In this document: piece by piece, positions 29,471-38,730 of the stretch
Numbering within the stretch: the stretch's first letter is position 1
How the letters are laid out: each line of letters begins with the position of its first letter
Assembly (NCBI GenBank): GCA_963695345.1
Contig: OY968769.1
Coordinates: forward strand, 2,115,649 to 2,179,648
Origin: an uncultured Methanomassiliicoccales archaeon
GTDB taxonomy: Archaea; Thermoplasmatota; Thermoplasmata; Methanomassiliicoccales; UBA472
Length of the DNA stretch: 64,000 bases
Reading direction: 5' to 3'
The notes under the pieces: model-generated
The model's database searches: none
Seen by the model: only the letters and a program-made list of their open reading frames with translations
Told to the model about the DNA's origin: nothing
Position numbers and translations under genes: made by a program

Positions 29471-30106
29471 GTGTTACCGTTAATATTAGACACTCGCGGG
29501 AAGCGTGCCGTCGTGTTCGGGGGCGGTGAGGTCGGTCTACGCAAGGCTAGGTTCTTCGCCCGCGAGGCCGAGGTCACAGTCATCAGCCGGTCCTTTGTCC
29601 CCGGGTTCGAGACCTTGGATTCTAACATCACCAAGATCGTTTCGGAGATAGGCCCGGACCAGGAAGATCAGATCGACGAGGCTGATTTCGTCATCGTCGC
29701 CACGGAGAACCGGGAATTGAACGATCGGCTCGAGGCCAGGGCGATAAAGGCCGGGAAATACTGCAATCGGGCAGACGGGGTTTCCTCGTTCCTGATACCA
29801 TCCATGGTAGAAGGACGAAATTTCATATTGGCGATCTCAACCTTGGGCAGGAGTCCGGCCATGTCCCGTTACCTCAGGGATTTTCTTGAGGAAACACTCG
29901 GTCCAGAAATGTCTGCCATGATCGACCTGCAGGAGGAACTAAGGGAAATGGCCAGGGGAATGATAGCAGACCAGGTCTCCCGGGAGAAGTTCCTCTGGAA
30001 TATCCTCGAGGACAGAAGCATATGGGACGAGCTGGTCAAGGATCCCGAAAAAGCCCGGTCGATGGCGCTTGAGAAAATGGAGGCGGCACATGCAGACGAT
30101 CTTTAG
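29471..30106 (+). CDS. sirC: precorrin-2 dehydrogenase / sirohydrochlorin ferrochelatase (SirC/Met8-like)
   Basis: KRAVVFGGGEVGLRKARFF is an NAD fold. GTG start. The gene is first in the hem operon. Confidence 0.7.
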   Translation: MLPLILDTRGKRAVVFGGGEVGLRKARFFAREAEVTVISRSFVPGFETLDSNITKIVSEIGPDQEDQIDEADFVIVATENRELNDRLEARAIKAGKYCNRADGVSSFLIPSMVEGRNFILAISTLGRSPAMSRYLRDFLEETLGPEMSAMIDLQEELREMARGMIADQVSREKFLWNILEDRSIWDELVKDPEKARSMALEKMEAAHADDL

Positions 30107-31412
30107 CGCTCACATCACGCACAAGAGCGCCGGTCTCGACCAGATGGAAGCCATCGGAGGCCAAGAACCGGTAAAGATGCTATGCGACCTCAAGGCGTTG
30201 GACGGTGTCAAGGAATGCGCCATTCTCAAGACCTGCAATCGGGTCGAGATATACACCGTAACGGAGGAGTACGAGACCACCAGAAAGAATGTGGAAGAGT
30301 ATGTCAACGGCTTTATCCCATTCAATAACCAGGAGAACCTGGTCCAGTTCCTGACCAACATGGACAGCGTGAAGCACCTGCTCAGGGTGTCCAGCGGCCT
30401 GGAATCCATGATCATAGGTGAGGACCAGATCCAGATGCAGGTGAAGGAATCGTTCGAACTGGCCCTGCGCGAGAAATGTCTTGGACCGGTACTCTCCCTG
30501 GCGTTCAGGAAGAGCATCAGCGTCGGGAAGAAGGTAAGGACCGAGACGGGAGTGAACAAGGGTTGCGTTTCCGTCGGTTCGGCAGCCGTCGAACTGGCTG
30601 AGTCAAAACTGAAAAGCCTGCAGGGCAAGAACGTCCTGGTCATCGGAGCCGGGGAGATGGCCACGCTGATCGCCAAGCACCTGATCGGAAAAGGCCCGGA
30701 GACCGTCTTCGTTTCCAACCGCACATATTCCAGAGCCGTCGAACTGGCCTGGGCATTGAATGGAAAGGCGGTGCGTTTCGATGCGCTCAATCATTTTCTT
30801 GCCCGGTCCGATGTGGTCCTGGTCGCGACCTCGGCATCGCACATGGTCCTAGAGAAGCGCCATCTGGAGGCCGCCATGGCCCTGAGGGTACAGAAGGGTC
30901 CGATGCTGGTGATCGATGTCTCCTTCCCGAGGAATGTGGCCTTGGATATCCAGGGGGTGCCGGATGTCCAATTGTACGACATCGACGGCCTGAGGGATGT
31001 GGCCGAAGAGAACATCCTTCGTCGTAAAAGTGAAATGCGCAACGCAGAGAGGATCATCTCCGAGGAACTGGACCTGTTGAACCGGTCGCTCGAGGAGATG
31101 AGGGCAGGTATCATGCTGAGTCGCCTCTACCGCAAGTTCAACGACATCAGGGAACGAGAGGTGGCCAAGGCGTCGAACCGTCTGGCGTCGGGGGAGGATG
31201 CGAATCAGGTGATCGATGATTTCGCCAGGTCCCTGATGAAGCGTTTCCTGGCAGACCCCACCGGCGTGATCAAGGACGCAACCAGGCAGGGGGACGAACG
31301 CCTGCTGGACATAACGAAGGAACTTTTCAAGATCGAGGGTGATGGATATGTTTCCGGAGAGCAGACCGAGGAGATTGCGGATGAATGCCACGGTACGGGA
31401 GATGGTCCGTGA
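30090..31412 (+). CDS. hemA: glutamyl-tRNA reductase
   Basis: [11 protein letters not shown] carries the active-site Cys motif and [17 protein letters not shown] is the NADPH fold. The 3' end overlaps the hemB start by about 70 nt. Confidence 0.8.
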   Translation: MQTIFSAHITHKSAGLDQMEAIGGQEPVKMLCDLKALDGVKECAILKTCNRVEIYTVTEEYETTRKNVEEYVNGFIPFNNQENLVQFLTNMDSVKHLLRVSSGLESMIIGEDQIQMQVKESFELALREKCLGPVLSLAFRKSISVGKKVRTETGVNKGCVSVGSAAVELAESKLKSLQGKNVLVIGAGEMATLIAKHLIGKGPETVFVSNRTYSRAVELAWALNGKAVRFDALNHFLARSDVVLVATSASHMVLEKRHLEAAMALRVQKGPMLVIDVSFPRNVALDIQGVPDVQLYDIDGLRDVAEENILRRKSEMRNAERIISEELDLLNRSLEEMRAGIMLSRLYRKFNDIREREVAKASNRLASGEDANQVIDDFARSLMKRFLADPTGVIKDATRQGDERLLDITKELFKIEGDGYVSGEQTEEIADECHGTGDGP

Positions 31413-32322
31413 GACCAGGCTGTCAACGAAGGACCTGATAAGCCCGATGTTCGTGGACGAGAACATCATCAAGCCTAGGGAGATCCAGTCGATGCCTGGG
31501 ATATTCAACCTCCCGATCGACCGGGTCGCCGGAGAAGCTGATGAGATCTCAATACTTGGCATACCGGCTGTACTATTGTTCGGCTTACCGAAGCAAAAGG
31601 ATGAAGAAGGCAGCGAGGCCTGGAGCTCCACGGGCATCGTCCAGAGGGCCATCCGGGAGATCAAGAAGGGATCCAATGTGGCGGTGATAGCCGACCTTTG
31701 CCTCTGCGAGTACACATCACACGGTCATTGCGGAGAAGTGAGGGACGGCATGGTGCTGAACGACAAAACCATCGACCTGTACGGCCGCATCGCGGTCGCC
31801 CAAGCGACGGCCGGTGCCGATATGGTCGCGCCCAGCGGAATGATGGACGGCCAGGTTTCGGCGATCCGCAGGGCCTTGGACGAGGCGGGGTTCGAGAACG
31901 TTCCGATCATGTCCTATTCGGCCAAGTACGCTTCCGCCTTCTACGGCCCGTTCCGCGACGCCGTCCAATCGGCCCCACAGTTCGGGGACCGAAGGACGCA
32001 CCAGATGGACCCTGGAAACGCACGTGAAGCGTTGCGGGAGATGGAGGAGGACCTGAGGGAGGGCGCGGACATATTGATGGTCAAGCCCGCCCTGGCCTAT
32101 CTTGACATAATCATGGAGGCGAGGGCGAGGTTCGACGCCCCAATCGCCGCATACAACGTGTCCGGGGAGTATTCGATGATCAAGGCTGCAGCCAGTAATG
32201 GCTGGATAGACCACGACCGGGCGATGATGGAATCATTGATATCGATCAGACGGGCCGGTGCCGATATGATAATCACGTATTTTGCCAAGGAGGCTGCGAA
32301 GTTGATCAGGGAGCGGTTACTG
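31342..32322 (+). CDS. hemB: porphobilinogen synthase; no stop codon, reads in frame into hemL
   Basis: [36 protein letters not shown] and [11 protein letters not shown] are HemB motifs. The ORF continues directly into [11 protein letters not shown]... Confidence 0.8.
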
Positions 32323-33604
32323 ATGAACGAGAGGAAGAATTCCGAGGCGTTGTTCGAACAGGCCAAGAAGCTTATCCCAGGTGGTGTCTCCAGCCCGGTC
32401 CGAGCCTTCCAGCCCTACCCTTGTTACATCAGGAGCGGGAAAGGAAGCAGGATCACCGACGTTGACGACAACGAGTACATCGACTATTGCATGGCCTATG
32501 GTCCCCTGATCCTCGGCCACGCCAACCCGAAGGTCATCAACGCCATCAAATCCCAGGCCGACCTGGGCACACTCTACGGAGCGCCGATCGAGATGGAGGT
32601 GGAATATGCCCGCCTGATCAACAGCTACTATCCATCCATGGAGATGATGCGGTTCGTCAACTCCGGAACCGAGGCAACGATGCATGCCATCCGTTTGGCC
32701 CGGGGGTATACCGGACGCAGGAAGATCATCAAGGTCGAAGGGGCGTTCCACGGTTCACACGATGCCGTGCTGGTCAAGGCCGGCTCAGGCGCCACGACTC
32801 ATTCCATGCCCGATTCCGCGGGGGTCCCGGAAGAGGTGACGAAGAACACGTTGATCGTTCCGTACAACGATCCTGAAGCCGTACTCAGGACGATCCGTGA
32901 GAACAAGGGCGAGGTGGCGGCGATGATACTGGAACCGGTCATCGGCAACGCCGGTCCGATCCTGCCCAGGGAAGGGTATCTTGAGCGGCTTCGGGAGATC
33001 GCCACCGCCGAGGACGTCCTCTTGATCTTCGACGAGGTCATCACCGGATTCAGGCTGGCCATGGGCGGTGCCCAGGAATATTTCGGCGTCAGGCCGGACA
33101 TCACGACCCTGGGAAAGATAGCCGGCGGCGGAATGCCCATAGGGATATTCGGAGCCTCGGAGGAGATCATGAGCAAGATCTCACCATCTGGCAATGTCTA
33201 CCAGGCAGGAACCTTCAGCGGCAATCCCATGTCCCTAGCGGCGGGGATCGAAACGGTCAAGGAGCTGGCCTGCCAGGGGCACGAGTCCTTGGATGCCAAG
33301 GGCGAGCGGATGAGGCAGGGGCTGGAGGGGATCCTCAACGAGTTCCATGTGCGGTACCGGGTGTCGGGCATCGGCTCCATGTTCCAGGTGTTCTTCACCA
33401 CCGGGGGACGTGGCCAACTATCAGGATGCCAAGAGGAGCGACTCCGTCCTGTTCATGAAGGTGTTCCACAAAATGCTGGAGAACGGCATCTATCTCCCTC
33501 CCTCCCAGTTCGAGACGAACTTCATCTCCACAGCGCACACTGAATCGGACATCGATGACACCGTGAACGCTTTCGCCATTTCGTTGGGAGAGGTGACCAA
33601 ATGA
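32323..33604 (+). pseudogene. hemL: glutamate-1-semialdehyde 2,1-aminomutase, C-terminal frame disruption
   Basis: [21 protein letters not shown] and GGGMPIG are HemL motifs. After ...[10 protein letters not shown] the conserved tail [36 protein letters not shown]... lies in another frame and ends at 33604. The frame change is at the G-run 33403-33407. Confidence 0.8.
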
Positions 33605-34482
33605 TACTGGGAACAAGGGGAAGCAGGCTGGCGTTGGCACAATCCGATATGGTCCTCAAGCTGATGAAGGAGAAGTTCCCGGCCGAGCCGGTGGAACTGA
33701 AGATCATATCCACCGTCGGCGACCGTGTGCACGATCAGCCCCTGGCGACCCTGGGCGGCTTCGGAGCCTTCGTCAAGGAACTGGATAACAAGATCCTCTC
33801 GGGAGAGATCGACATCGCCGTGAACAGCCTGAAGGACATGCCGGTGGTGCCGACGGAAGGCACCGAGATCGTCGCGATCCTGCCCCGCGGGAACGTCGAG
33901 GACGTGCTGGTCTCCACCGTTCCACTCGAACGTATGCGGCCAGGATCGGTCATCGGCACATCGAGCGTGAGGCGTCGCTGCCTCCTCCTGAACCTCCGGC
34001 CCGACCTGGTGGTCAAGGACCTCAGGGGGAACGTCCCGACCAGGGTGGACAAGATGAAGGACGGCTCTTTTGACGGCATACTCCTCGCCCGGGCAGGCAT
34101 CGAGAGGCTGAACCTCGACTGCATGATGTATGTCCTGGACCCGGAGCAGTTCGTTCCCGCCGTGGGGCAGGGGGCGATCGCCATCGTCTGCAGGACAGGT
34201 TCTCCCTACGCCAAAATGCTGGCCACCTTCGACGACGCGGAGACGAGGGTATGCGTGGAGGCCGAACGGTACCTGATGAGGTCCATGGGGGGCGGTTGCT
34301 CTATCCCCATCGGCATCTGGGCGACCAAGAACGGTGAGACTCTGCGTATCCGGGCAATCGTGCTGGACTCGGACGGCATGACCTCGTTCCGGCTGGACCG
34401 GTCGATCGACTTGGAACATCTTCAAGAGAGGTTGGATGAGCTTTCAAAGGAACTCCTGTACGCGTGGGAGCTGGTGAAATGA
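33601..34482 (+). CDS. hemC: hydroxymethylbilane synthase (porphobilinogen deaminase)
   Basis: ILGTRGSRLALAQS and GGCSIPIG are present, and the start overlaps hemL in an ATGA arrangement. Confidence 0.85.
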   Translation: MILGTRGSRLALAQSDMVLKLMKEKFPAEPVELKIISTVGDRVHDQPLATLGGFGAFVKELDNKILSGEIDIAVNSLKDMPVVPTEGTEIVAILPRGNVEDVLVSTVPLERMRPGSVIGTSSVRRRCLLLNLRPDLVVKDLRGNVPTRVDKMKDGSFDGILLARAGIERLNLDCMMYVLDPEQFVPAVGQGAIAIVCRTGSPYAKMLATFDDAETRVCVEAERYLMRSMGGGCSIPIGIWATKNGETLRIRAIVLDSDGMTSFRLDRSIDLEHLQERLDELSKELLYAWELVK

Positions 34483-35228
34483 TGCCCAAGGGCGAGGTCT
34501 ACCTGGTCGGGGCGGGTCCAGGCGACATCGAGCTGATAACCGTCAAGGGAATGCGACTGATACGTGAGGCAGAGGTCATCGTCTACGACTCGCTGATCGG
34601 AATGGAACTGTTGGATTCCGCCCGGCCCGGTGTCGAAATGATCGATGTGGGGAAGCGCGGCTCATACCATAAGGCCGAACAAGATGAGATTAACCAGATC
34701 CTTGTCGAAAAGGCCAAGGAAGGGAAAATGGTCGTCCGATTGAAGGGCGGCGATTCATTTCTGTTCGGCAGGGGCGGAGAGGAGGCGGAGGCGCTCAGGG
34801 CGGCTGGGATGACGGTCCATGTGGTGCCCGGTGTATCCTCTTCCCTCTCCGTACCGGCGCTCTCCGGGATCCCGGTCACCCACCGGGACATGGCCTCGAT
34901 GGTCACCATCGTGACCGGCCACGAATCGGCCATGAAGGACTCGGAGGTTCTGGACTGGAGCAACCTGGCAAAGCTCGGCGGGACCATCGTCATCATGATG
35001 GGAATGTCCAACCTGGCAAAGAACATGGAGCGCCTGGTGTCTGGGGGAATCGACCCGCACACTCCGGTGACGGTGATCGAGAAGGGAAGCACTCCGGAGC
35101 AGAGGGTGGTCTCGGCCGAGATAACGAAGATTGCAGGGGAATGCAAGACCGAAGGCATCTCCTCCCCGGCGGTCATCGTCGTCGGCAAGGTAGCATCCCT
35201 GTACAAGACCCTGGGGGACCTCAGTTGA
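34479..35228 (+). CDS. cobA: uroporphyrinogen-III C-methyltransferase
   Basis: VYLVGAGPGDIELITVKG and RLKGGDSFLFGRGGEE are present. ATG 34479 overlaps the hemC stop. Confidence 0.8.
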   Translation: MMPKGEVYLVGAGPGDIELITVKGMRLIREAEVIVYDSLIGMELLDSARPGVEMIDVGKRGSYHKAEQDEINQILVEKAKEGKMVVRLKGGDSFLFGRGGEEAEALRAAGMTVHVVPGVSSSLSVPALSGIPVTHRDMASMVTIVTGHESAMKDSEVLDWSNLAKLGGTIVIMMGMSNLAKNMERLVSGGIDPHTPVTVIEKGSTPEQRVVSAEITKIAGECKTEGISSPAVIVVGKVASLYKTLGDLS

Positions 35229-36016
35229 CCACGATAGCCATCCTCAGACCTACCGACAGGCAGGAGGAATCGGTGGAATTGGCGCAGAAGATGGGCTTCG
35301 ACACGGTCTTCGCTTCTCCGATCGACCTCAAGACAAACGACTCACCCGAGTTCGTCGAGTTCCTCCAGGGCCTGGCGAACGGCGATGTCGATGTCGTGAT
35401 ACTTACGTCATCAACGGCGGTGAAATCGACTTTCGAACTGGCCAGGAAGCATGGGCAGGTGGAAGAGCTCAGTCGGGGGCTGCGGCAGGTCAAAGTGATC
35501 GCCATCGGTCCAATTACCGCCCGGACGGCCGAGGCCGAGTGGATCAAAGTGGATACGTTGCCCGAGAAGTTCACCTCGGAAGGTCTGGTGCAGCTGCTCT
35601 CCAGGAAAAGCATGGCAGGCATGCAGGTGTCCATACTGAGGTCCGATCAGGGTTCCGACGTTCTGAGAAAGGGCCTCGCCGGTCTTGGAGCAATGGTGAA
35701 AGAGATCGAGGTGTACAGGCTAACCAAGATCAAGACCGGAAGGCCATTGCTGGACATGTTCTACAAGGGCATCCGGGGCGACATCGACGTGTTCGCGTTC
35801 ACCAGCTCGATGTCGGCCAAGTCGTTCATCGATGAGGCTCGGAAGCATTACACCGATGAGGAGGTCGACGATATGCTCGATTGCGCGATCATTGCGGCCA
35901 TCGGGGAACCCACCAAGAATACCCTCGAGGACATGGGGGTCAGGGTCGACGTCATGCCGGAGAAGGCGACGTTCGAGGACCTTCTGACGGCGGTCAAGAT
36001 GTCCCTCGGCAATTGA
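35225..36016 (+). CDS. hemD: uroporphyrinogen-III synthase
   Basis: The size is right for HemD, the gene is last in the hem operon, and FTSSMSAKSF is HemD-like. The inferred TTG start overlaps the cobA TGA. Confidence 0.6.
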   Translation: MTTIAILRPTDRQEESVELAQKMGFDTVFASPIDLKTNDSPEFVEFLQGLANGDVDVVILTSSTAVKSTFELARKHGQVEELSRGLRQVKVIAIGPITARTAEAEWIKVDTLPEKFTSEGLVQLLSRKSMAGMQVSILRSDQGSDVLRKGLAGLGAMVKEIEVYRLTKIKTGRPLLDMFYKGIRGDIDVFAFTSSMSAKSFIDEARKHYTDEEVDDMLDCAIIAAIGEPTKNTLEDMGVRVDVMPEKATFEDLLTAVKMSLGN

Positions 36017-36025
36017 TACGCCGGT

Positions 36026-36841
36026 CTACTTTTTTCTCTCCCTTAGCAGTATCTCCAGCGCTTCGTCGACCGTTAGCGGGGGTTCGAACCCCACGCCGGT
36101 GAGGTCACCCCATTTCGACATGAGCCTGGAGAAGGATGGCAGCTCGAGGCGGGCCTCGTGGAGCACCTTCCTATCGGCAATGAGCGAACGGAAGTTACCG
36201 TCGAAGATCTTGCTGCGCTTCAGCACGATCACCCGGTCGGTCAGCTCGAAGGCGACGGAAAGGTCATGGGTGGCCAGGACGATGGTCTGGTCAAGGGAGT
36301 CCAGTACCTTCACCAGATCGCGGCGGCCCTGGGGGTCGAGGTTCGCCGTCGGTTCGTCCATCAGCAATGTCGGCGGGGACATGGCCAGCAGTCCGGCGAT
36401 GGCCACCCTTTTCTTTTCCCCGGTGGAAAGCCGGTGCGGCACCCTGTCCCCGTAGCCCTCCACTCCGGCCAGCTCCATAGCTTTCGTTGCCCTTTGTCTG
36501 ACATCGACCTCTTCCAGGCCCATGTTGATCGGACCAAAGGTCACATCCTCGTACACCGTGGGCATGAATATCTGGTCATCAGGGTCCTGGAACAGCAGGC
36601 CGACCCCGCGGCGGGCAGCGGCCGCCGTCCTCCTGGTCAGTTCCACCCCGTTTATCCAAGCCTTGCCGGACGTGGGAACGAAAAGACCGGCCATGATATG
36701 GAGCAAGGTGCTCTTGCCCGCGCCGTTCGGCCCCACCAGGGCTACCCGTTCGCCCTTTTCTATCTCCAGGTCGATGTTCTCAATGGCGACATCAGCCTCC
36801 GGATACCGGTAAAGGACGTTCTCGAGCTTCAGTATGGCCAT
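36026..36841 (-). CDS. ECF transporter ATPase (NikO/CbiO type)
   Basis: ABC motifs GPNGAGKSTLL, LSTGEKKRVAIA and LLMDEPTANLD are present. Confidence 0.8.
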   Translation of the reverse strand: MAILKLENVLYRYPEADVAIENIDLEIEKGERVALVGPNGAGKSTLLHIMAGLFVPTSGKAWINGVELTRRTAAAARRGVGLLFQDPDDQIFMPTVYEDVTFGPINMGLEEVDVRQRATKAMELAGVEGYGDRVPHRLSTGEKKRVAIAGLLAMSPPTLLMDEPTANLDPQGRRDLVKVLDSLDQTIVLATHDLSVAFELTDRVIVLKRSKIFDGNFRSLIADRKVLHEARLELPSFSRLMSKWGDLTGVGFEPPLTVDEALEILLRERKK

Positions 36842-37566
36842 GCGATCACTCCATTCTGCATCGCGATCGAGACAAGAACCGTGATCCCGAACACCAGGGC
36901 AAGGACGCCGTCCCTGGCATGCACCCGCGGTCTCCTCAGGGTGCGCACCTCGCCGTCATATCCTCGCATGAGCAATGCATCGAACATATCGGATCCTCTC
37001 TGGTTCGATCTGACGAAGATCATTCCTATGCTGCTCGAAATTGTCCTGAACGCCTGTTGTTCGAAAAGGTGTCTGCCTCCGGAGAAGCCCCTGGCCTTCC
37101 GCGCCATCTTCATCCTGGCGGCCTCGTCCTGCAGCACGAAGATGAACCGGTAGGTGAACAGCATCAGGTTGGTCAGTATCTTGGGCATCCTGAACCACCG
37201 GAACGCGCCCATCAGCTCGAAGAACGGGGTGGTGGTGGTCAACAGGACCAGCGCCAGGACCGAGGCGGAGACGCGGATGAACATCATCTCGGCGTTGCTC
37301 AGCGTGGATGTGAAAGCCAAGGCCAGCGAGGCCACGAAGATGAAGGGGAGGGCCAGCAGGTAACCGTCAAGAACATGTCGGCCGGGGACCCTGGATATGG
37401 CCAACATGGAGACTACGAAGATCAGGATCACCAGCAATGATAGGATGTCCCTGAGGAAAGCGGCGGTGACGACCAATACGATCGTCGAGACCAGCTTCAC
37501 CCGGGCGTCGAAAAGGAAGAACCTCGACCCCTTTGCGAATCGGTCCATCTCATCGTGGTGGGACAA
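36829..37566 (-). CDS. ECF transporter T component (NikQ/CbiQ type)
   Basis: A polytopic protein with a CbiQ-like FRMPKILTNLMLFTYRFIFVLQDE segment, positioned between the M and O components. Confidence 0.7.
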   Translation of the reverse strand: MSHHDEMDRFAKGSRFFLFDARVKLVSTIVLVVTAAFLRDILSLLVILIFVVSMLAISRVPGRHVLDGYLLALPFIFVASLALAFTSTLSNAEMMFIRVSASVLALVLLTTTTPFFELMGAFRWFRMPKILTNLMLFTYRFIFVLQDEAARMKMARKARGFSGGRHLFEQQAFRTISSSIGMIFVRSNQRGSDMFDALLMRGYDGEVRTLRRPRVHARDGVLALVFGITVLVSIAMQNGVIAWPY

Positions 37567-37614
37567 GGCGCTTCATCCTGATTCAGGTCATGGATAAATG
37601 GTTTGCCTCTGAGT

Positions 37615-38577
37615 TCAGAGGGCATCTCGGGCTGGCGGCGCTTCCTTCTTGCTGGAACGTCCCTTCGCCCTCCAGTATAGGAGGACCAGGCCGACGGTGA
37701 TCGAGAACCCTACCAATCCTGCCACCAGCGCAGCGAAGTAGCTGTCCCCATAGCTCATCAGACCGGTGAAGACCGGAGCGACCTCGTTCAGACCTGCCTT
37801 TTCCATGGTGACCTCGAGACCGTCCCCGTAGGCGGCTGAGAAGGCGAAGAAACCGACCAGCCCCACCGAGAAGGCCAAGATCAGGCCGAACGCCGCCCTT
37901 GCCAATCCTTTGGCCTTCACCGGTGACGCACCATCAAGCCCATGCCGGAACCGGAGCGTACCGGGCGAAACCTTCGCCAGATAGAGGACCACACCGGCCG
38001 TGATGGTCGCCTCCCCTATGCCGATAAGCACATGGTACAGGAACATCGCCGGGACCGCTATTCCGGCCGTGATCCCGTAGGCCCCGCCCGAGAGGACAAA
38101 GCTCAGCGAGAGCTCGAGCGCGGCGATGAGGGCCGCTATGACCACCGAAAGCCACGCCCCAAATGCGATGCCGACCTTCTCGAACCTGCCGGAGAACGTC
38201 CTCAGGGCAGCCCAGGTGATCAGCGGGGCGACAACGGCCATGTTGAGAAGGTTGATGCCCAGCGCCGTTATGCCGCCGTCCCCGAAAACGAAGCATTGAA
38301 TGATCAGGATGGTAGTTATCACGGCCATGGCCGCCGCCGGGCCAAGGAGGATGACCGCCAATGCGGCGCCTATCAGGTGGCCGGTGGTTCCTCCGCCTAC
38401 CGGGAAGTTCAACATCTGGGCGATGAAAATGCCACCTGCCAGGACGGCCATGAACGGTATCAGGCGTTCATCCATGCCCCGGTTCAATTTCCGGATGGCC
38501 AAGGCGATGGCGGGGACTGCGATCAGCCAACCGATGATCAGGACCTCCGGCGACATCAGACCGTCAGGGATGTGCAT
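37615..38577 (-). CDS. ECF substrate component, NikM-type fused to a PDGLE (NikN-like) domain
   Basis: The N-terminus MHIPDG is NikM type; the ORF also offers an upstream MKM at 38583. The C-terminal AYGDGLEVTMEKAGL plus a transmembrane helix is a PDGLE-like module. Confidence 0.7.
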   Translation of the reverse strand: MHIPDGLMSPEVLIIGWLIAVPAIALAIRKLNRGMDERLIPFMAVLAGGIFIAQMLNFPVGGGTTGHLIGAALAVILLGPAAAMAVITTILIIQCFVFGDGGITALGINLLNMAVVAPLITWAALRTFSGRFEKVGIAFGAWLSVVIAALIAALELSLSFVLSGGAYGITAGIAVPAMFLYHVLIGIGEATITAGVVLYLAKVSPGTLRFRHGLDGASPVKAKGLARAAFGLILAFSVGLVGFFAFSAAYGDGLEVTMEKAGLNEVAPVFTGLMSYGDSYFAALVAGLVGFSITVGLVLLYWRAKGRSSKKEAPPARDAL

Positions 38578-38589
38578 TTTCAAACCACC

Positions 38590-38616
38590 GTAACACGATT
38601 TATTTTTTTGTGTTAC
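38590..38616 (-). promoter_or_regulatory. palindromic operator GTAACAC-N13-GTGTTAC (NikR-like half-sites), proximal site
   Basis: A perfect 7-bp inverted repeat with a 13-nt spacer, 13 nt upstream of the MHIPDG ATG and downstream of a TATA element. Confidence 0.5.
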
Positions 38617-38633
38617 TCGGTAATGGCCAGAGG

Positions 38634-38642
38634 TATATATTA
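38634..38642 (-). promoter_or_regulatory. TATA box candidate for the NikMN-type ECF operon
   Basis: TAATATATA on the minus strand, about 57-65 nt upstream of the start codon and lying between the two palindromes. Confidence 0.4.
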
Positions 38643-38648
38643 CTTAGC

Positions 38649-38675
38649 GTAACACTTATTCGGTAAACTTGTTAC
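38649..38675 (-). promoter_or_regulatory. second palindromic operator GTAACAC-N13-TTGTTAC, distal site
   Basis: Same architecture and spacer as the proximal site, with one mismatch. It lies immediately upstream of the TATA element. Confidence 0.45.
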
Positions 38676-38730
38676 GATTTTCGGCGGGGAGTGGAACACT
38701 CGATCTCCAGTTCCCTAACGCGCCGCATTC

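Noticed and set aside
29470-29476. An extra GTGTTAC half-site at the sirC start, considered as a third NikR-type site.
   Set aside because: It is a single half-site with no partner at a 13-14 nt spacing, and it coincides with the GTG-TTA-CCG start codons. It is most likely coincidental.
36078-36092. A tRNA T-arm-like GGGGGTTCGAACCCC.
   Set aside because: It lies inside the ECF ATPase coding sequence (GFEPPL), the stem is imperfect beyond 4 bp, and there is no acceptor, D-arm or anticodon-arm context. No tRNA was found anywhere in the window.
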